A stretch of 64,000 bases of DNA from Acinetobacter phage Mokit: sequence record MW388002.1; one strand, 5' to 3'. Of the stretch, positions 35,278-43,875 are shown piece after piece. Each line of letters opens with the position of its first letter. The stretch's first letter is position 1. The position numbers and the translations under genes were made by a program. Below the pieces are notes generated by a model. It was given only the letters and a program-made list of their open reading frames with translations. It had not been told where the DNA came from and did not search any database.

Positions 35278-36318
35278 TTACTTCTCCAAATGTGAGTAGA
35301 TATGTGCAGAATATACGTTATAGACAAAGTTGTCCCAGAACGAACGATCAACTTTTTGCGGCATCCCATTTTTAGCAGCCTGAATTGATAATGCATCAAC
35401 ATCTGCAATGACGTCTTCAAGAATTGTAGAGACTTCTTTAAATGAAAGCTCGCCTTTCTTGATTTTTAAAAGCAATTCAGCGTCCTTTAAAGGATATTCT
35501 AAATCGCCGGTATCATAGATTTCTTGTAATTGTAAACCACCTCGAATGGCATGATGCATTGCTTTCCAATCAATGCCATTATTTAATTCTGCTTGACGAG
35601 CACGTTCACCATACTTCTCCCATTCCTTTGCAATTTTCTGTTTGAGTTCAGACATTTTGATTGTCAATTGATGTTTGACACCCATAACATTATAGAACGT
35701 TGCACCGGTTTTAGGATCAGTTTCGATTTTGCAATATTCATTAATTGGTAATTTATGCACAAATTGTGAAACTTTGTAATCACGGCGTCGAGAAATATGT
35801 TTAGACGGCTCAATAGTGACATCCGTTATGTCTACAATATGATACTCAGGCAAATCCTTTATAGCATCATTTACCTGACGAAGCGCTGCCATTCGTGTAC
35901 CTTTGATACCATATTTTGCGGCTTGTTTCTTTACATACCCAAGATATGCTTTCATATCTGTAGTGTAGAAACGATATCGATTTTGGCGGATAAAGCTCCA
36001 TACACTTGAATCGCCTAATTCTGTGATTAACTCTTTAGGAGTATGCAACATGTCTAAAGCAATAGTTTCACCCTTAATTGCCAATTCAATAAAGTACTGT
36101 AGTGAATACATTTCTTCATCGACATCATCTGCAGTGTTTTTAGTGGTATGAGTGCCTGTGTTGCGGCTATAATGTGTAGTCGCATTTCCTAGGATGAGTT
36201 GTTTTGCATCCGGAATATAGATGCCTTTAATGTCTAGGTCGCTTTCCGGAGTAGATGTTCCGTAAAGTTTTGATCCAAACAATGATTTCATTACTAAACG
36301 TTCGGTCATATTATTCAT
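35278..36318 (-). CDS. pol-beta-superfamily nucleotidyltransferase (GS...D.D active-site signature) with large C-terminal domain
   Basis: LFGSKLYGTSTPESDLDIKGIY matches the hG[GS]x9-13Dh[DE]h NTase motif; 346 aa; early promoter 36339-36367. Confidence 0.6.
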   Translation of the reverse strand: MNNMTERLVMKSLFGSKLYGTSTPESDLDIKGIYIPDAKQLILGNATTHYSRNTGTHTTKNTADDVDEEMYSLQYFIELAIKGETIALDMLHTPKELITELGDSSVWSFIRQNRYRFYTTDMKAYLGYVKKQAAKYGIKGTRMAALRQVNDAIKDLPEYHIVDITDVTIEPSKHISRRRDYKVSQFVHKLPINEYCKIETDPKTGATFYNVMGVKHQLTIKMSELKQKIAKEWEKYGERARQAELNNGIDWKAMHHAIRGGLQLQEIYDTGDLEYPLKDAELLLKIKKGELSFKEVSTILEDVIADVDALSIQAAKNGMPQKVDRSFWDNFVYNVYSAHIYSHLEK

Positions 36319-36338
36319 CCCATTTTGAAGATATGATA

Positions 36339-36367
36339 ATTATATTATCGTTTCTATGTAAAGTAAA
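36339..36367 (-). promoter_or_regulatory. early promoter for the nucleotidyltransferase gene; -10 inside the palindrome gataat-ata-attatc
   Basis: rc: TTTACTttacatagaaacgataaTATAATtatc. Confidence 0.6.
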
Positions 36368-36408
36368 CCATTAAATGCACAAAAGGCGAACAATGTTCGC
36401 CTTTTTAA

Positions 36409-36648
36409 TTAAATTGATTCGCGTAGATCAGCTTGCCATGTGCCATTATCGTAAATTAAATCAAACGGTAATGGAGCAGAAAATTTTAATTCATTTGTAA
36501 ATGGCTCTACTGAAACTTGGATAGTTTCACCATTTGGCCAAATGAATTTCGCAATAGGCACTTTAAAAAATGATGATGTACCTATTTCTGCCTTGAATTG
36601 AACTCGGACTGAGTCAACCCAGTAATAATTTGTATGTTTGAGATACAT
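36409..36648 (-). CDS. hypothetical protein
   Basis: 79-aa ORF. Confidence 0.4.
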   Translation of the reverse strand: MYLKHTNYYWVDSVRVQFKAEIGTSSFFKVPIAKFIWPNGETIQVSVEPFTNELKFSAPLPFDLIYDNGTWQADLRESI

Positions 36649-36649
36649 A

Positions 36650-37108
36650 TTAGTCCTTAAATTCTAGATGACGACATATCTTTTTATGCTTGTCACTAAT
36701 ATATGTGATGAAAATTGATTTTTGGACAGGCGACTCATTTGCACGTTTTATGCGCTTATATACATAAACCTGTCCATGGCCTATGCCAAATACCGCTCCA
36801 AAGCTTGCGGCTACGATTGTAATAAATGTTACGAACCCGATAGGTACTGCTATAATATTAACCCAAAGTGGATTCTCAAATATTGCGCCTGCTGCAACTA
36901 TATCTAGCCCAGTGTATGGATTACACATGATGAATAATGATATGCCTATAGCAAAACAAATAAATGCAGCAATTGCTAAAATTGCTGCACCTATAACCAA
37001 ACGAATTAATAACGTTCTAACATATGCACACAAATTTTTTGGTGGTGTTTTGCCATCAGAAGACCATTTGATAAATCGATAATGCCATGACGATTTCTTA
37101 ATTTCCAT
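36650..37108 (-). CDS. polytopic membrane protein
   Basis: 152 aa with 3-4 hydrophobic helices. Confidence 0.5.
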   Translation of the reverse strand: MEIKKSSWHYRFIKWSSDGKTPPKNLCAYVRTLLIRLVIGAAILAIAAFICFAIGISLFIMCNPYTGLDIVAAGAIFENPLWVNIIAVPIGFVTFITIVAASFGAVFGIGHGQVYVYKRIKRANESPVQKSIFITYISDKHKKICRHLEFKD

Positions 37109-37113
37109 TTTTG

Positions 37114-37380
37114 TTACCTCAGTTGTGAGTCTTTACTACCACGACGGTTGTAGTAAGATTTGTGTTCAGCATCATGAGCAGGCTGGCAACCTATACAATA
37201 TTTGACACCTTTGACGACTTCTCGGCGCTTTTGTGGAATTTTATCTCCACAATCATCACAGAATTCATTTGATTCTCGTTTAGATTGGAGTTCTAATTCT
37301 AGTCTAGCCCAGTCTATAGCATCATCTATTGTTGCTTTGTTTGTTTCAAATACAGGATCGTTAGGTCCCCAGCCATTCAT
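37114..37380 (-). CDS. DksA/TraR-family C4 zinc-finger protein
   Basis: CDDCGDKIP...CIGCQ four-Cys finger in an 88-aa basic protein. Confidence 0.6.
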   Translation of the reverse strand: MNGWGPNDPVFETNKATIDDAIDWARLELELQSKRESNEFCDDCGDKIPQKRREVVKGVKYCIGCQPAHDAEHKSYYNRRGSKDSQLR

Positions 37381-37414
37381 AGTATTTTACTCATGATGTA
37401 TGATATGAAAGCTA

Positions 37415-37753
37415 TTATATACTCCTTTTTGAAGGTTGTAAACTAGATTTAGGTTTAATTTCAATATTTTTCTCTTTGGCATACTGTTGTCCTATAGCAT
37501 AACCGACATCTGAACAATCATGCTTGCAATCTGCTTTACTCCATTTTGCTTGAACAAAGTCATAAAACCGTTCAGATTCTGCTTTGGAAGGTTTCTTAAA
37601 TTGAGAATATACTGTGAGTGCTCCTTCTACGAATCGATTAAAATCTTTATCATCTGCAGCTTGACACTGCTGGAACGATATGCCTAGTAGCATAGCTGAA
37701 ATTAAAATTGCTTTCATCGATATTCTCCTCTGTGAGGATTCAATTCTAAGCAT
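37415..37753 (-). CDS. secreted protein (signal peptide)
   Basis: MKAILISAMLLGISFQQCQAADD. Confidence 0.5.
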   Translation of the reverse strand: MLRIESSQRRISMKAILISAMLLGISFQQCQAADDKDFNRFVEGALTVYSQFKKPSKAESERFYDFVQAKWSKADCKHDCSDVGYAIGQQYAKEKNIEIKPKSSLQPSKRSI

Positions 37754-38013
37754 GTTCCCATAAACCTACGATCAAAGTTATCGTTGGTCCATCCGAGTTT
37801 TGTTACATTGTTTTTATTTATTGTTGACACATAGTCATCTCTAATTTCTTTGAGTATTGCTCTATTTGGGCAAATGCTAGATTTATACACACGATACGAA
37901 AAGGCGAGTGAATCTACCTCTCGTTCATATGATTTAACCTGTATAATAGGTGCGTAGTGAATCCCAAGTCCTATTAAAATTAAAGATGATGCGATTAACA
38001 CCAGCTTTTTCAT
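37714..38013 (-). CDS. secreted/membrane-anchored protein
   Basis: MKKLVLIASSLILIGLGIHYAP hydrophobic N-terminus. Confidence 0.45.
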   Translation of the reverse strand: MKKLVLIASSLILIGLGIHYAPIIQVKSYEREVDSLAFSYRVYKSSICPNRAILKEIRDDYVSTINKNNVTKLGWTNDNFDRRFMGTCLELNPHRGEYR

Positions 38014-38438
38014 TATTTTGTCTCTGGTAATGGTCCTGCATTTTCAAATTTGTAAGTAACATATTCATTAGAAGTGTTCCACACTCTGAAAAATATAGGA
38101 CGTTTGCAGTCTAAAAATATACTATCTAGTTGATCCTTTGATGGAATATCCACCAATGTAGGTCCAGCAATTGCACCTAAAGTGTTTATTCCACAGGTCC
38201 GCATAGTGAATACACCATACGGCATGATGTGTCGTTGTCCATCACTTCCTATAAAGGATATACCAAATAAATCGGTCTCTTTGTCATAACTTATTTCTGC
38301 AAAGGGTTTAAGTATCGGCGCAGCAGATTGGTCAATCCTTGTACCATAAATTGTGAAAATAGATGGAGTTATTTGTTCCCATGCTGATGCAAAAGGACTT
38401 ACTAAAAGTAGGCTCAATAACATAGCCTTTAATTTCAT
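38013..38438 (-). CDS. secreted protein (signal peptide)
   Basis: MKLKAMLLSLLLVSPFASAWEQ. Confidence 0.5.
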   Translation of the reverse strand: MKLKAMLLSLLLVSPFASAWEQITPSIFTIYGTRIDQSAAPILKPFAEISYDKETDLFGISFIGSDGQRHIMPYGVFTMRTCGINTLGAIAGPTLVDIPSKDQLDSIFLDCKRPIFFRVWNTSNEYVTYKFENAGPLPETK

Positions 38439-38761
38439 CTATCTAATAATCCTGTTATATATTTTAGCATTAACTGATTTTTGTAATTTTCACATACTAC
38501 TTTGTCTTCTGCATGAGAACAAAACGATGCAAGTTCCTTTGCCTTACGATTTATAAGAGCGCCAATTGACACTTTATCTCTTTCATTTAGTCCCATGAAG
38601 TACATTCCATCTAATTGCATAGAAACAACATCTATGCATTCTGCGTTAGATGAACATACCATTCCTGCAGCTTTATCAGTACGTCTTTCTTCTATAGAAG
38701 CGGATGTCACAATAGGTGCAAAAACTGCACCTAAAATAACAATGAGTTTTAATAACTTCAT
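38435..38761 (-). CDS. secreted protein (signal peptide)
   Basis: MKLLKLIVILGAVFAPIVTSASIEE. Confidence 0.5.
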   Translation of the reverse strand: MKLLKLIVILGAVFAPIVTSASIEERRTDKAAGMVCSSNAECIDVVSMQLDGMYFMGLNERDKVSIGALINRKAKELASFCSHAEDKVVCENYKNQLMLKYITGLLDR

Positions 38762-39282
38762 TATTCAACCTTTAATACATTATTGTCCTTAAGGTAATTG
38801 GCTTTCTTGATAACACTTCGTGAGTATGAAGCTCCTCTTTGATGTTTCCAACCTGCATTATATGAGGCTAATGCACGGTCGATACTCCCGTTATGTACTT
38901 TTAACCAAGATTGCATCTCAATTCTCGCCCAATGAGCAGAGACATTTGGATTTTGGAGCTCTTTGGTGATTTGAGCTCGACTTTTTTGGACTCCATTTTG
39001 AGCCATACGTGACTTAACAGTTGTGACCAAATTTTGATATTGGCCTGCTGCATGTTTGCCTGTTCCGCAGTTGATTCCTGCACTAGTCTCTTGCCAAATA
39101 ATGGCAGCCATAATGTATCCAAAATCAACTCGTGAACCGTTAAACTTTAAAGGTTGCGAGTGGCCGTATTTGTAAGCCTTTTGCATGTTTTTGATTTGAG
39201 TATCGCTAAAATTATGTTCAGCGAATATCGTGGGTGATAACATTAATGTGATTGAAATTAAAAGTAACTTCAAATATTTCAT
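38761..39282 (-). CDS. secreted SLT-domain lytic transglycosylase
   Basis: Signal peptide MKYLKLLLISITLMLSPTIFAEH plus IWQETSAG (catalytic E-S) and LASYNAGW (AYNAG) family-1 LT motifs. Confidence 0.6.
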   Translation of the reverse strand: MKYLKLLLISITLMLSPTIFAEHNFSDTQIKNMQKAYKYGHSQPLKFNGSRVDFGYIMAAIIWQETSAGINCGTGKHAAGQYQNLVTTVKSRMAQNGVQKSRAQITKELQNPNVSAHWARIEMQSWLKVHNGSIDRALASYNAGWKHQRGASYSRSVIKKANYLKDNNVLKVE

Positions 39283-39420
39283 AGGGTACTCCCGCTGTAA
39301 TCAGCTTTGTTTCATTTACGCTATGCGCATCCTTCTGGTTAGTTGATAAAAATATTTATAACATGATCAACTTTTGACTATTATATCATACATTACACAA
39401 AAAGGACATCAAAATGTCCT

Positions 39421-39852
39421 TTATTTTTTAATTTGTGCTCTTCTTTTGCCTTCAATCATGCGAGAATACCAGAACTCATAGAATTCTGGATTTTTTAACT
39501 TCTCTTGGAAGATTGCGGAAGCCTTTTTATTTCGTTTTAAAATAAACTCTTCAGTATTAGTAGCGTTGACATAATCAAAACCACCTTGGCCTCCAAGTTT
39601 TATATTGTACGAATTTTTGTCTAGTACCAAATCGGCATCTACTAACTCCTTTTCGTGTTCATACATTGAATTTTGGTCAGGGTGAAATTTAATGATTTCC
39701 TTTTTAAATTTATCTTGACCATATTTTTTTAAAGCTTTTTTGAGCACAGTTCCGGAGCCCATATAGCCATCATTCAAGTTTGAGGTTTTGTGGGCTCCGA
39801 TATAGAAGTGACCATTAACAGTGTTAGTGATCTTGTAGGTGTAATAAAACAT
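39421..39852 (-). CDS. GIY-YIG homing endonuclease (seg-like)
   Basis: YTYKITNTVNGHFYIGAHKT GIY-YIG motif, basic C-terminus; 143 aa; terminator hairpin at 39400-39420. Confidence 0.7.
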   Translation of the reverse strand: MFYYTYKITNTVNGHFYIGAHKTSNLNDGYMGSGTVLKKALKKYGQDKFKKEIIKFHPDQNSMYEHEKELVDADLVLDKNSYNIKLGGQGGFDYVNATNTEEFILKRNKKASAIFQEKLKNPEFYEFWYSRMIEGKRRAQIKK

Positions 39853-39906
39853 CTTTCCACTTTACAAAATACCATGATAGTAATATTTAATAAAGTGGAA
39901 TAAGAG

Positions 39907-40158
39907 TTATGCATATGCTTCAAAATATGCGGCTTCGTTGGCGGCGCTTTGCGAATCAATTGCGTCTCGAAGAAGTTCTTTGATTTTATGCTCGTCGCCT
40001 TTAAATGATTCCTGACAATCTACGTAATAATCACAAACACAACCAAGTTCTGTACCTAACTCTTTAAGTTCGTTGAGTACGTCTTCAATAGTGTTATACT
40101 CAATAAGGTAGTTGTAGTGGTCGGTGGATTCAGTTACTAGGTGTACTGCTGCAAACAT
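39907..40158 (-). CDS. hypothetical acidic protein
   Basis: 83-aa ORF. Confidence 0.45.
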   Translation of the reverse strand: MFAAVHLVTESTDHYNYLIEYNTIEDVLNELKELGTELGCVCDYYVDCQESFKGDEHKIKELLRDAIDSQSAANEAAYFEAYA

Positions 40159-40162
40159 GATA

Positions 40163-40720
40163 TTACTCCAATGTTAACGATTTTGCTGATAAAATATTAT
40201 AATGCTGTATGTCAAAGAAAAACATTCCCTGAAATGAACTGACCTTTTTGTGCAGATCTAGTATCCCGTAAGATGTTAACATCGTTCGTGTATCTATTGC
40301 CTTGGCTAAGTACTTACCATCAGGCAATCCCATATCACCGCGAGCAAATTTTGTACCTGGTGGAAATACTATATCAATTTGGTGCTCTGGTATTTCTAAG
40401 TCAACTTCAAATTCGATTTCGATGCTATCAATATCCCAACTATAAATTGGCTCATGATTGGCCGCATCAATATAATTGAACGAGTATGAAGAACTATCGT
40501 CTATCACTACCAAAGTACGTTTATCGCCTTTAACTGCAAAAACTGCACGTAAATTATTTTTTGGGCGTTTATTGTACAATTCCTTAATTTCATATGATGA
40601 CGTTTTAGGGTCAAATGATAAAACTATTTTAGCCATAATAATGTACTCGCAAGTATTAAAAGTATTGTACCGACAATTAATTCTACCGCTACTGTTTTTG
40701 CATTTTTGAGTTGAAGACAT
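40163..40720 (-). CDS. hypothetical protein (start may be the internal MAKIVLSF)
   Basis: 185-aa ORF. Confidence 0.45.
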   Translation of the reverse strand: MSSTQKCKNSSGRINCRYNTFNTCEYIIMAKIVLSFDPKTSSYEIKELYNKRPKNNLRAVFAVKGDKRTLVVIDDSSSYSFNYIDAANHEPIYSWDIDSIEIEFEVDLEIPEHQIDIVFPPGTKFARGDMGLPDGKYLAKAIDTRTMLTSYGILDLHKKVSSFQGMFFFDIQHYNILSAKSLTLE

Positions 40721-40783
40721 GCATCGATTATTAAAAATAATCCAACGAACATACCTACAATAACTGGAAAGGCATCAAACATT

Positions 40784-41419
40784 TTACATTCCTTTAAGTG
40801 CACAGAAATCTACAGCTTCTACAAATTCTTTATCGTCTTTGATTGACATATTATTGGCTGCACATACTGGTAGCAATTTTTGAAATCGTGGATCATCGCG
40901 ATACTCGGTACCTTCATAGTTTTCTGCCATTTTAGGGTAAACTGTGTTAAATCGATCTTCTGAATTAAAGTTTGCCTCTTCTCCAGCAGACAATTCTAAT
41001 CCATATCCTGGTTCATCTGCACGCGGAATTTTATGGCGTTGTGCTTCAGGGATAACTGAATATCCTCTTAATGAATTTGTTGCGCATTCTTTAACATTTG
41101 CGTGGTATTCAGATAAAACAGTTGAACCGTAATCAGTTGAAGTATCGATATTTACTAGCATATTGTCATATTTCTTGCCACAGTAGTATATTGCCTTGAA
41201 TCCAACTGTGCCATACTGTTCTGCTAAATCATACTCCCAATCAAATTCAAGATCAAATCCTTCAATATTGTCTTTCAATTTTGATAAATTCAAATATGGT
41301 TTATTTTGCTCAGTACTTGGCAGTGGAACTGTGCCGGAATCTTTAGCTACGTTTGGTTGCGTACAAGCTGTTAAACTAACTAATCCAATAATCGATGCTG
41401 CAATTAATAACTTTTTCAT
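40784..41419 (-). CDS. lipoprotein
   Basis: MKKLLIAASIIGLVSLTAC lipobox; promoter 41455-41483. Confidence 0.6.
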   Translation of the reverse strand: MKKLLIAASIIGLVSLTACTQPNVAKDSGTVPLPSTEQNKPYLNLSKLKDNIEGFDLEFDWEYDLAEQYGTVGFKAIYYCGKKYDNMLVNIDTSTDYGSTVLSEYHANVKECATNSLRGYSVIPEAQRHKIPRADEPGYGLELSAGEEANFNSEDRFNTVYPKMAENYEGTEYRDDPRFQKLLPVCAANNMSIKDDKEFVEAVDFCALKGM

Positions 41420-41454
41420 ATCTATCTCTTTAGGATATTTGATTTGATAAAACT

Positions 41455-41483
41455 ATTATATCAAATCTGATTATCGCTGTAAA
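41455..41483 (-). promoter_or_regulatory. early promoter for the lipoprotein gene
   Basis: rc: TTTACAgcgataatcagatttgaTATAAT. Confidence 0.55.
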
Positions 41484-41496
41484 TAGTTTTGACAAA

Positions 41497-41525
41497 AAAA
41501 ATAGGACTCATTTGAGTCCTATTTT
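41497..41525. terminator. bidirectional hairpin terminator
   Basis: aaaataggactcatttgagtcctatttt: perfect 12-bp stem flanked by A/T runs on both sides. Confidence 0.6.
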
Positions 41526-41575
41526 GCCTGATGGTAAGTTCATCAGGTCTTACAAGCCCTTAAAAGGAACTTATT

Positions 41576-41650
41576 TGGCAGGCACTGAACGAATCGAACG
41601 CTCGTTAATGGGGTTGGAGCCCACTGTAATAACCACTATACGAAATGCCT
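41576..41650 (-). tRNA. tRNA-Trp (anticodon CCA)
   Basis: Hand-folded cloverleaf: acceptor AGGCATT/AGTGCCT, D-loop AGTGGTTA, anticodon loop CTCCAAC, T-arm GAGCG-TTCGATT-CGTTC, encoded CCA. Confidence 0.65.
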
Positions 41651-41942
41651 ATAGAAGACAACATGTTGTAATTAGCCATTGATTTTGGCGTTGTAAATTC
41701 GCTGAAGCTCTGCGATCACGTTCTTCAGTTTCACGTCTACGACGTTCATTTTCTCTTTGTCGATCTTCAAACACAGAAGTTTGTCCTTTTGATAGGTGTT
41801 TGAGTTCTTCTCGATATGCATCACGTGCTCGATAACCACCAATACGAGGCAGCCCATTCTCATATGAAGCAACATGTTTATCATTTTGCTTTGCCATTTC
41901 ATTCATACGTTTTGCAAAATTGACATATTTAGAAATACTCAT
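41649..41942 (-). CDS. hypothetical highly charged protein (start trimmed to avoid the upstream tRNA)
   Basis: Listed start 41975 falls inside tRNA 41963-42051; internal ATG 41940-41942. Confidence 0.4.
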   Translation of the reverse strand: MSISKYVNFAKRMNEMAKQNDKHVASYENGLPRIGGYRARDAYREELKHLSKGQTSVFEDRQRENERRRRETEERDRRASANLQRQNQWLITTCCLL

Positions 41943-41962
41943 AATCTTCTCCAAAAGAAATA

Positions 41963-42051
41963 TGGCGGAAAGCAATGGAATCGAACCATAACCGAATTAA
42001 CAGTCCACTCGCTTAGCAGGCGGCGCCAATCACCTTATTGGTTTACTTTCC
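41963..42051 (-). tRNA. class-II tRNA, Ser(GCU)-like (anticodon loop CTGCTAA) with a weak anticodon stem; possibly degenerate
   Basis: Acceptor GGAAAGT/GCTTTCC, T-arm GGTTCGATTCC, long variable arm, encoded CCA; anticodon stem has only 3 clean pairs. Confidence 0.4.
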
Positions 42052-42057
42052 AAAAAA

Positions 42058-42134
42058 TGGTCCGCCATAAACGATTTGAACGTTTGACCGTATCGTCCCA
42101 AACGATATGCTCTACCAGACTGAGCTAATGGCGG
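42058..42134 (-). tRNA. tRNA-Pro (anticodon UGG)
   Basis: Perfect acceptor CCGCCAT/ATGGCGG, D-arm GCTC-AGTCTGGTA-GAGC, anticodon arm TATCG-TTTGGGA-CGATA, T-arm AAACG-TTCAAAT-CGTTT, ACCA end. Confidence 0.8.
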
Positions 42135-42253
42135 TTAATTGCTGTGAAATGTCCTTTTATACTTTCGAGCATTTCACCACTCAATAAGTAAATCTTGAAG
42201 CTTTGTTTGTTTTACAAGAGGAAACTTCGTCCTGCTTATCAAGCAATTAAATA

Positions 42254-42348
42254 TGGCGGAAGGTGAGGGGAACGATCCCTCAAGGCGTATCACTACGCTC
42301 GCTGGTTTTCAAGACCAGTGCCGTCGCCAGCCATCGGCTTGACCTTCC
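42254..42348 (-). tRNA. tRNA-Ser (anticodon UGA), class II
   Basis: Acceptor GGAAGGT/ACCTTCC, anticodon arm CTGGT-CTTGAAA-ACCAG, long variable arm GCGTA..TACGC, T-stem GAGGG/CCCTC, GCCA end. Confidence 0.7.
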
Positions 42349-42400
42349 ATTTAATTAACATGACGACCTAGGAATTTACGCCATTAGGACACCTAGGACC

Positions 42401-42423
42401 ATTTACGTCATTTCTTAAATTTG
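42401..42423. repeat. 23-bp direct repeat, copy 1 (atttacgtcatttcttaaatttg)
   Basis: Identical to 42655-42677. Confidence 0.8.
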
Positions 42424-42587
42424 TCATCCTGTTTCATACGTCCTTTGGACATTTCAAAGGCTCTGCGAAGATTGTGTTTTGTTTCTTCACGAGAATCGCC
42501 AGTGATTCTCGTGGCACTAATACCATTGCCCATCTGCACAAGTTCAACAATTGCAGGATTTACATTTCGATTAGCCATTTTATTCAT
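42408..42587 (-). CDS. small basic ORF (59 aa) inside the tRNA cluster, bounded by 23-bp direct repeats
   Basis: ATG 42585-42587 .. TGA 42408-42410; MNKMANRNVNPAIVELVQMGNG... Confidence 0.3.
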   Translation of the reverse strand: MNKMANRNVNPAIVELVQMGNGISATRITGDSREETKHNLRRAFEMSKGRMKQDDKFKK

Positions 42588-42654
42588 AATATTACTCCAT
42601 TTGGAGTTTAAGAAAACCTTCTTGTTTTACAATGGTTTTTCTTGGAAAGGTCTT

Positions 42655-42677
42655 ATTTACGTCATTTCTTAAATTTG
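42655..42677. repeat. 23-bp direct repeat, copy 2; its last 3 nt are the CCA end of tRNA-Asn
   Basis: Identical to 42401-42423. Confidence 0.8.
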
Positions 42678-42751
42678 GCTCCCCGAGCAGGTCTCGAACC
42701 TGCGACACATGGATTAACAGTCCACCGCTCTACCAACTGAGCTATCGAGGA
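42676..42751 (-). tRNA. tRNA-Asn (anticodon GUU)
   Basis: TAGCTCAGTTGGTAGAGC D-arm, anticodon arm GTGGA-CTGTTAA-TCCAT, T-arm GCAGG-TTCGAGA-CCTGC, GCCA end. Confidence 0.78.
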
Positions 42752-42757
42752 ATTATA

Positions 42758-42834
42758 TGGCCGATCTGACAGGACTCGAACCTGTGACCTACTGCTTAGA
42801 AGGCAGATGTTCTATCCAACTGAACTACAGACCG
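42758..42834 (-). tRNA. tRNA-Arg (anticodon UCU)
   Basis: D-arm GTTC-AGTTGGATA-GAAC, anticodon loop CTTCTAA, T-arm ACAGG-TTCGAGT-CCTGT, GCCA end. Confidence 0.75.
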
Positions 42835-42848
42835 ATAAATTCTTAAAG

Positions 42849-42919
42849 TTCTGGCACGAGGAATCGAACCTCGGTGACTGGAGTACAAAACCAGCATAAT
42901 ACCACTATATGATGCCAGA
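42849..42919 (-). tRNA. tRNA-Thr (anticodon UGU); CCA not encoded
   Basis: Acceptor TCTGGCA/TGCCAGA, anticodon arm CTGGT-TTTGTAC-TCCAG (one mismatch), T-arm CGAGG-TTCGATT-CCTCG. Confidence 0.6.
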
Positions 42920-43235
42920 ACTTTAAAAACTTGATAATATTATTTATACAACCATAAAGGCACCGTCATGACCACTCATCAAGAACACAGTGAGTTAAAA
43001 CTTTTTATGATGAGATTAATAAGGTTTGATCGAAAACATTTGAACTCTGCTAAATAAAAACTTTGATCTTTAAGATTTTAGCTTTGAACTTTAGCCTTGG
43101 GATAATGTACAGGATTCGCGCTTGGGAAACCTATATCACCATCAAAGTTCTATAGCATTAGAAGTTAGCTGTTTTTAGGAAAATCAGCTAGAACCCTCTA
43201 CAGTTTTTGATCATGGCGATTATAACTTTAACCTA

Positions 43236-43802
43236 TCAGTCGAGAACAACTGTAGGGTTTGTTTCTGTTAAAATTGCATCGAATTCTAAATCAAAGAAGT
43301 CGATAGTAGTTTTGAGTTCATCAATTTCTTTTTGAATGTCCATAATCGATGGTTTTTCTCGTTGTTCCAATAATTGCTTGAACTCATCATCATTTGCAAA
43401 CTTTGCAACTTTTGCATCATAATCTCGTTCAATATTAATAAATGATGAACGAGCAGCAGCTAATTCTTTTACTAGGCGTGAATGGAGCGCCTTTAACTGT
43501 GGCAAGATATGAGTACGATAAGTAAGTGCGTCATTAATTGACATACGTTTATCGCCAACGTCTACCATTGTTTCAAAATTTGCCTTATTGATTTTAACAC
43601 GAAGGTCAAATTCTGCTGCGAGTTTATCTTTCACAGATTGTACATTTTTACGAGATGTTTCTACGAATTCAGCGGTTTTAATACCGGTAGAAGTTTCTAC
43701 ACCATTACGAAATACACCACAGAATCGCATTTCACGGAGATCATCTGCGAATACTGCACGATTACGTTTAAGTGTTACTAATGCACGAGCGATGGTAGTC
43801 AT
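43236..43802 (-). CDS. hypothetical protein (188 aa)
   Basis: ORF with ATG 43800-43802. Confidence 0.5.
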   Translation of the reverse strand: MTTIARALVTLKRNRAVFADDLREMRFCGVFRNGVETSTGIKTAEFVETSRKNVQSVKDKLAAEFDLRVKINKANFETMVDVGDKRMSINDALTYRTHILPQLKALHSRLVKELAAARSSFINIERDYDAKVAKFANDDEFKQLLEQREKPSIMDIQKEIDELKTTIDFFDLEFDAILTETNPTVVLD

Positions 43803-43875
43803 TTAAATTTCCTCTAATCATATAAGCTTTAAGTGTATGAAGTAATTATATAACAAATTTCGTAAAGCAAGTAAC

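Noticed and set aside
42421-42672. 83-aa plus-strand ORF between tRNA genes
   Set aside because: TTG start, hydrophobic low-complexity product, antisense to the better-formed 59-aa ORF and the tRNA operon direction
42401-42677. CRISPR-like array
   Set aside because: Only two repeat copies, 23 bp, with a tRNA-derived sequence; no cas genes
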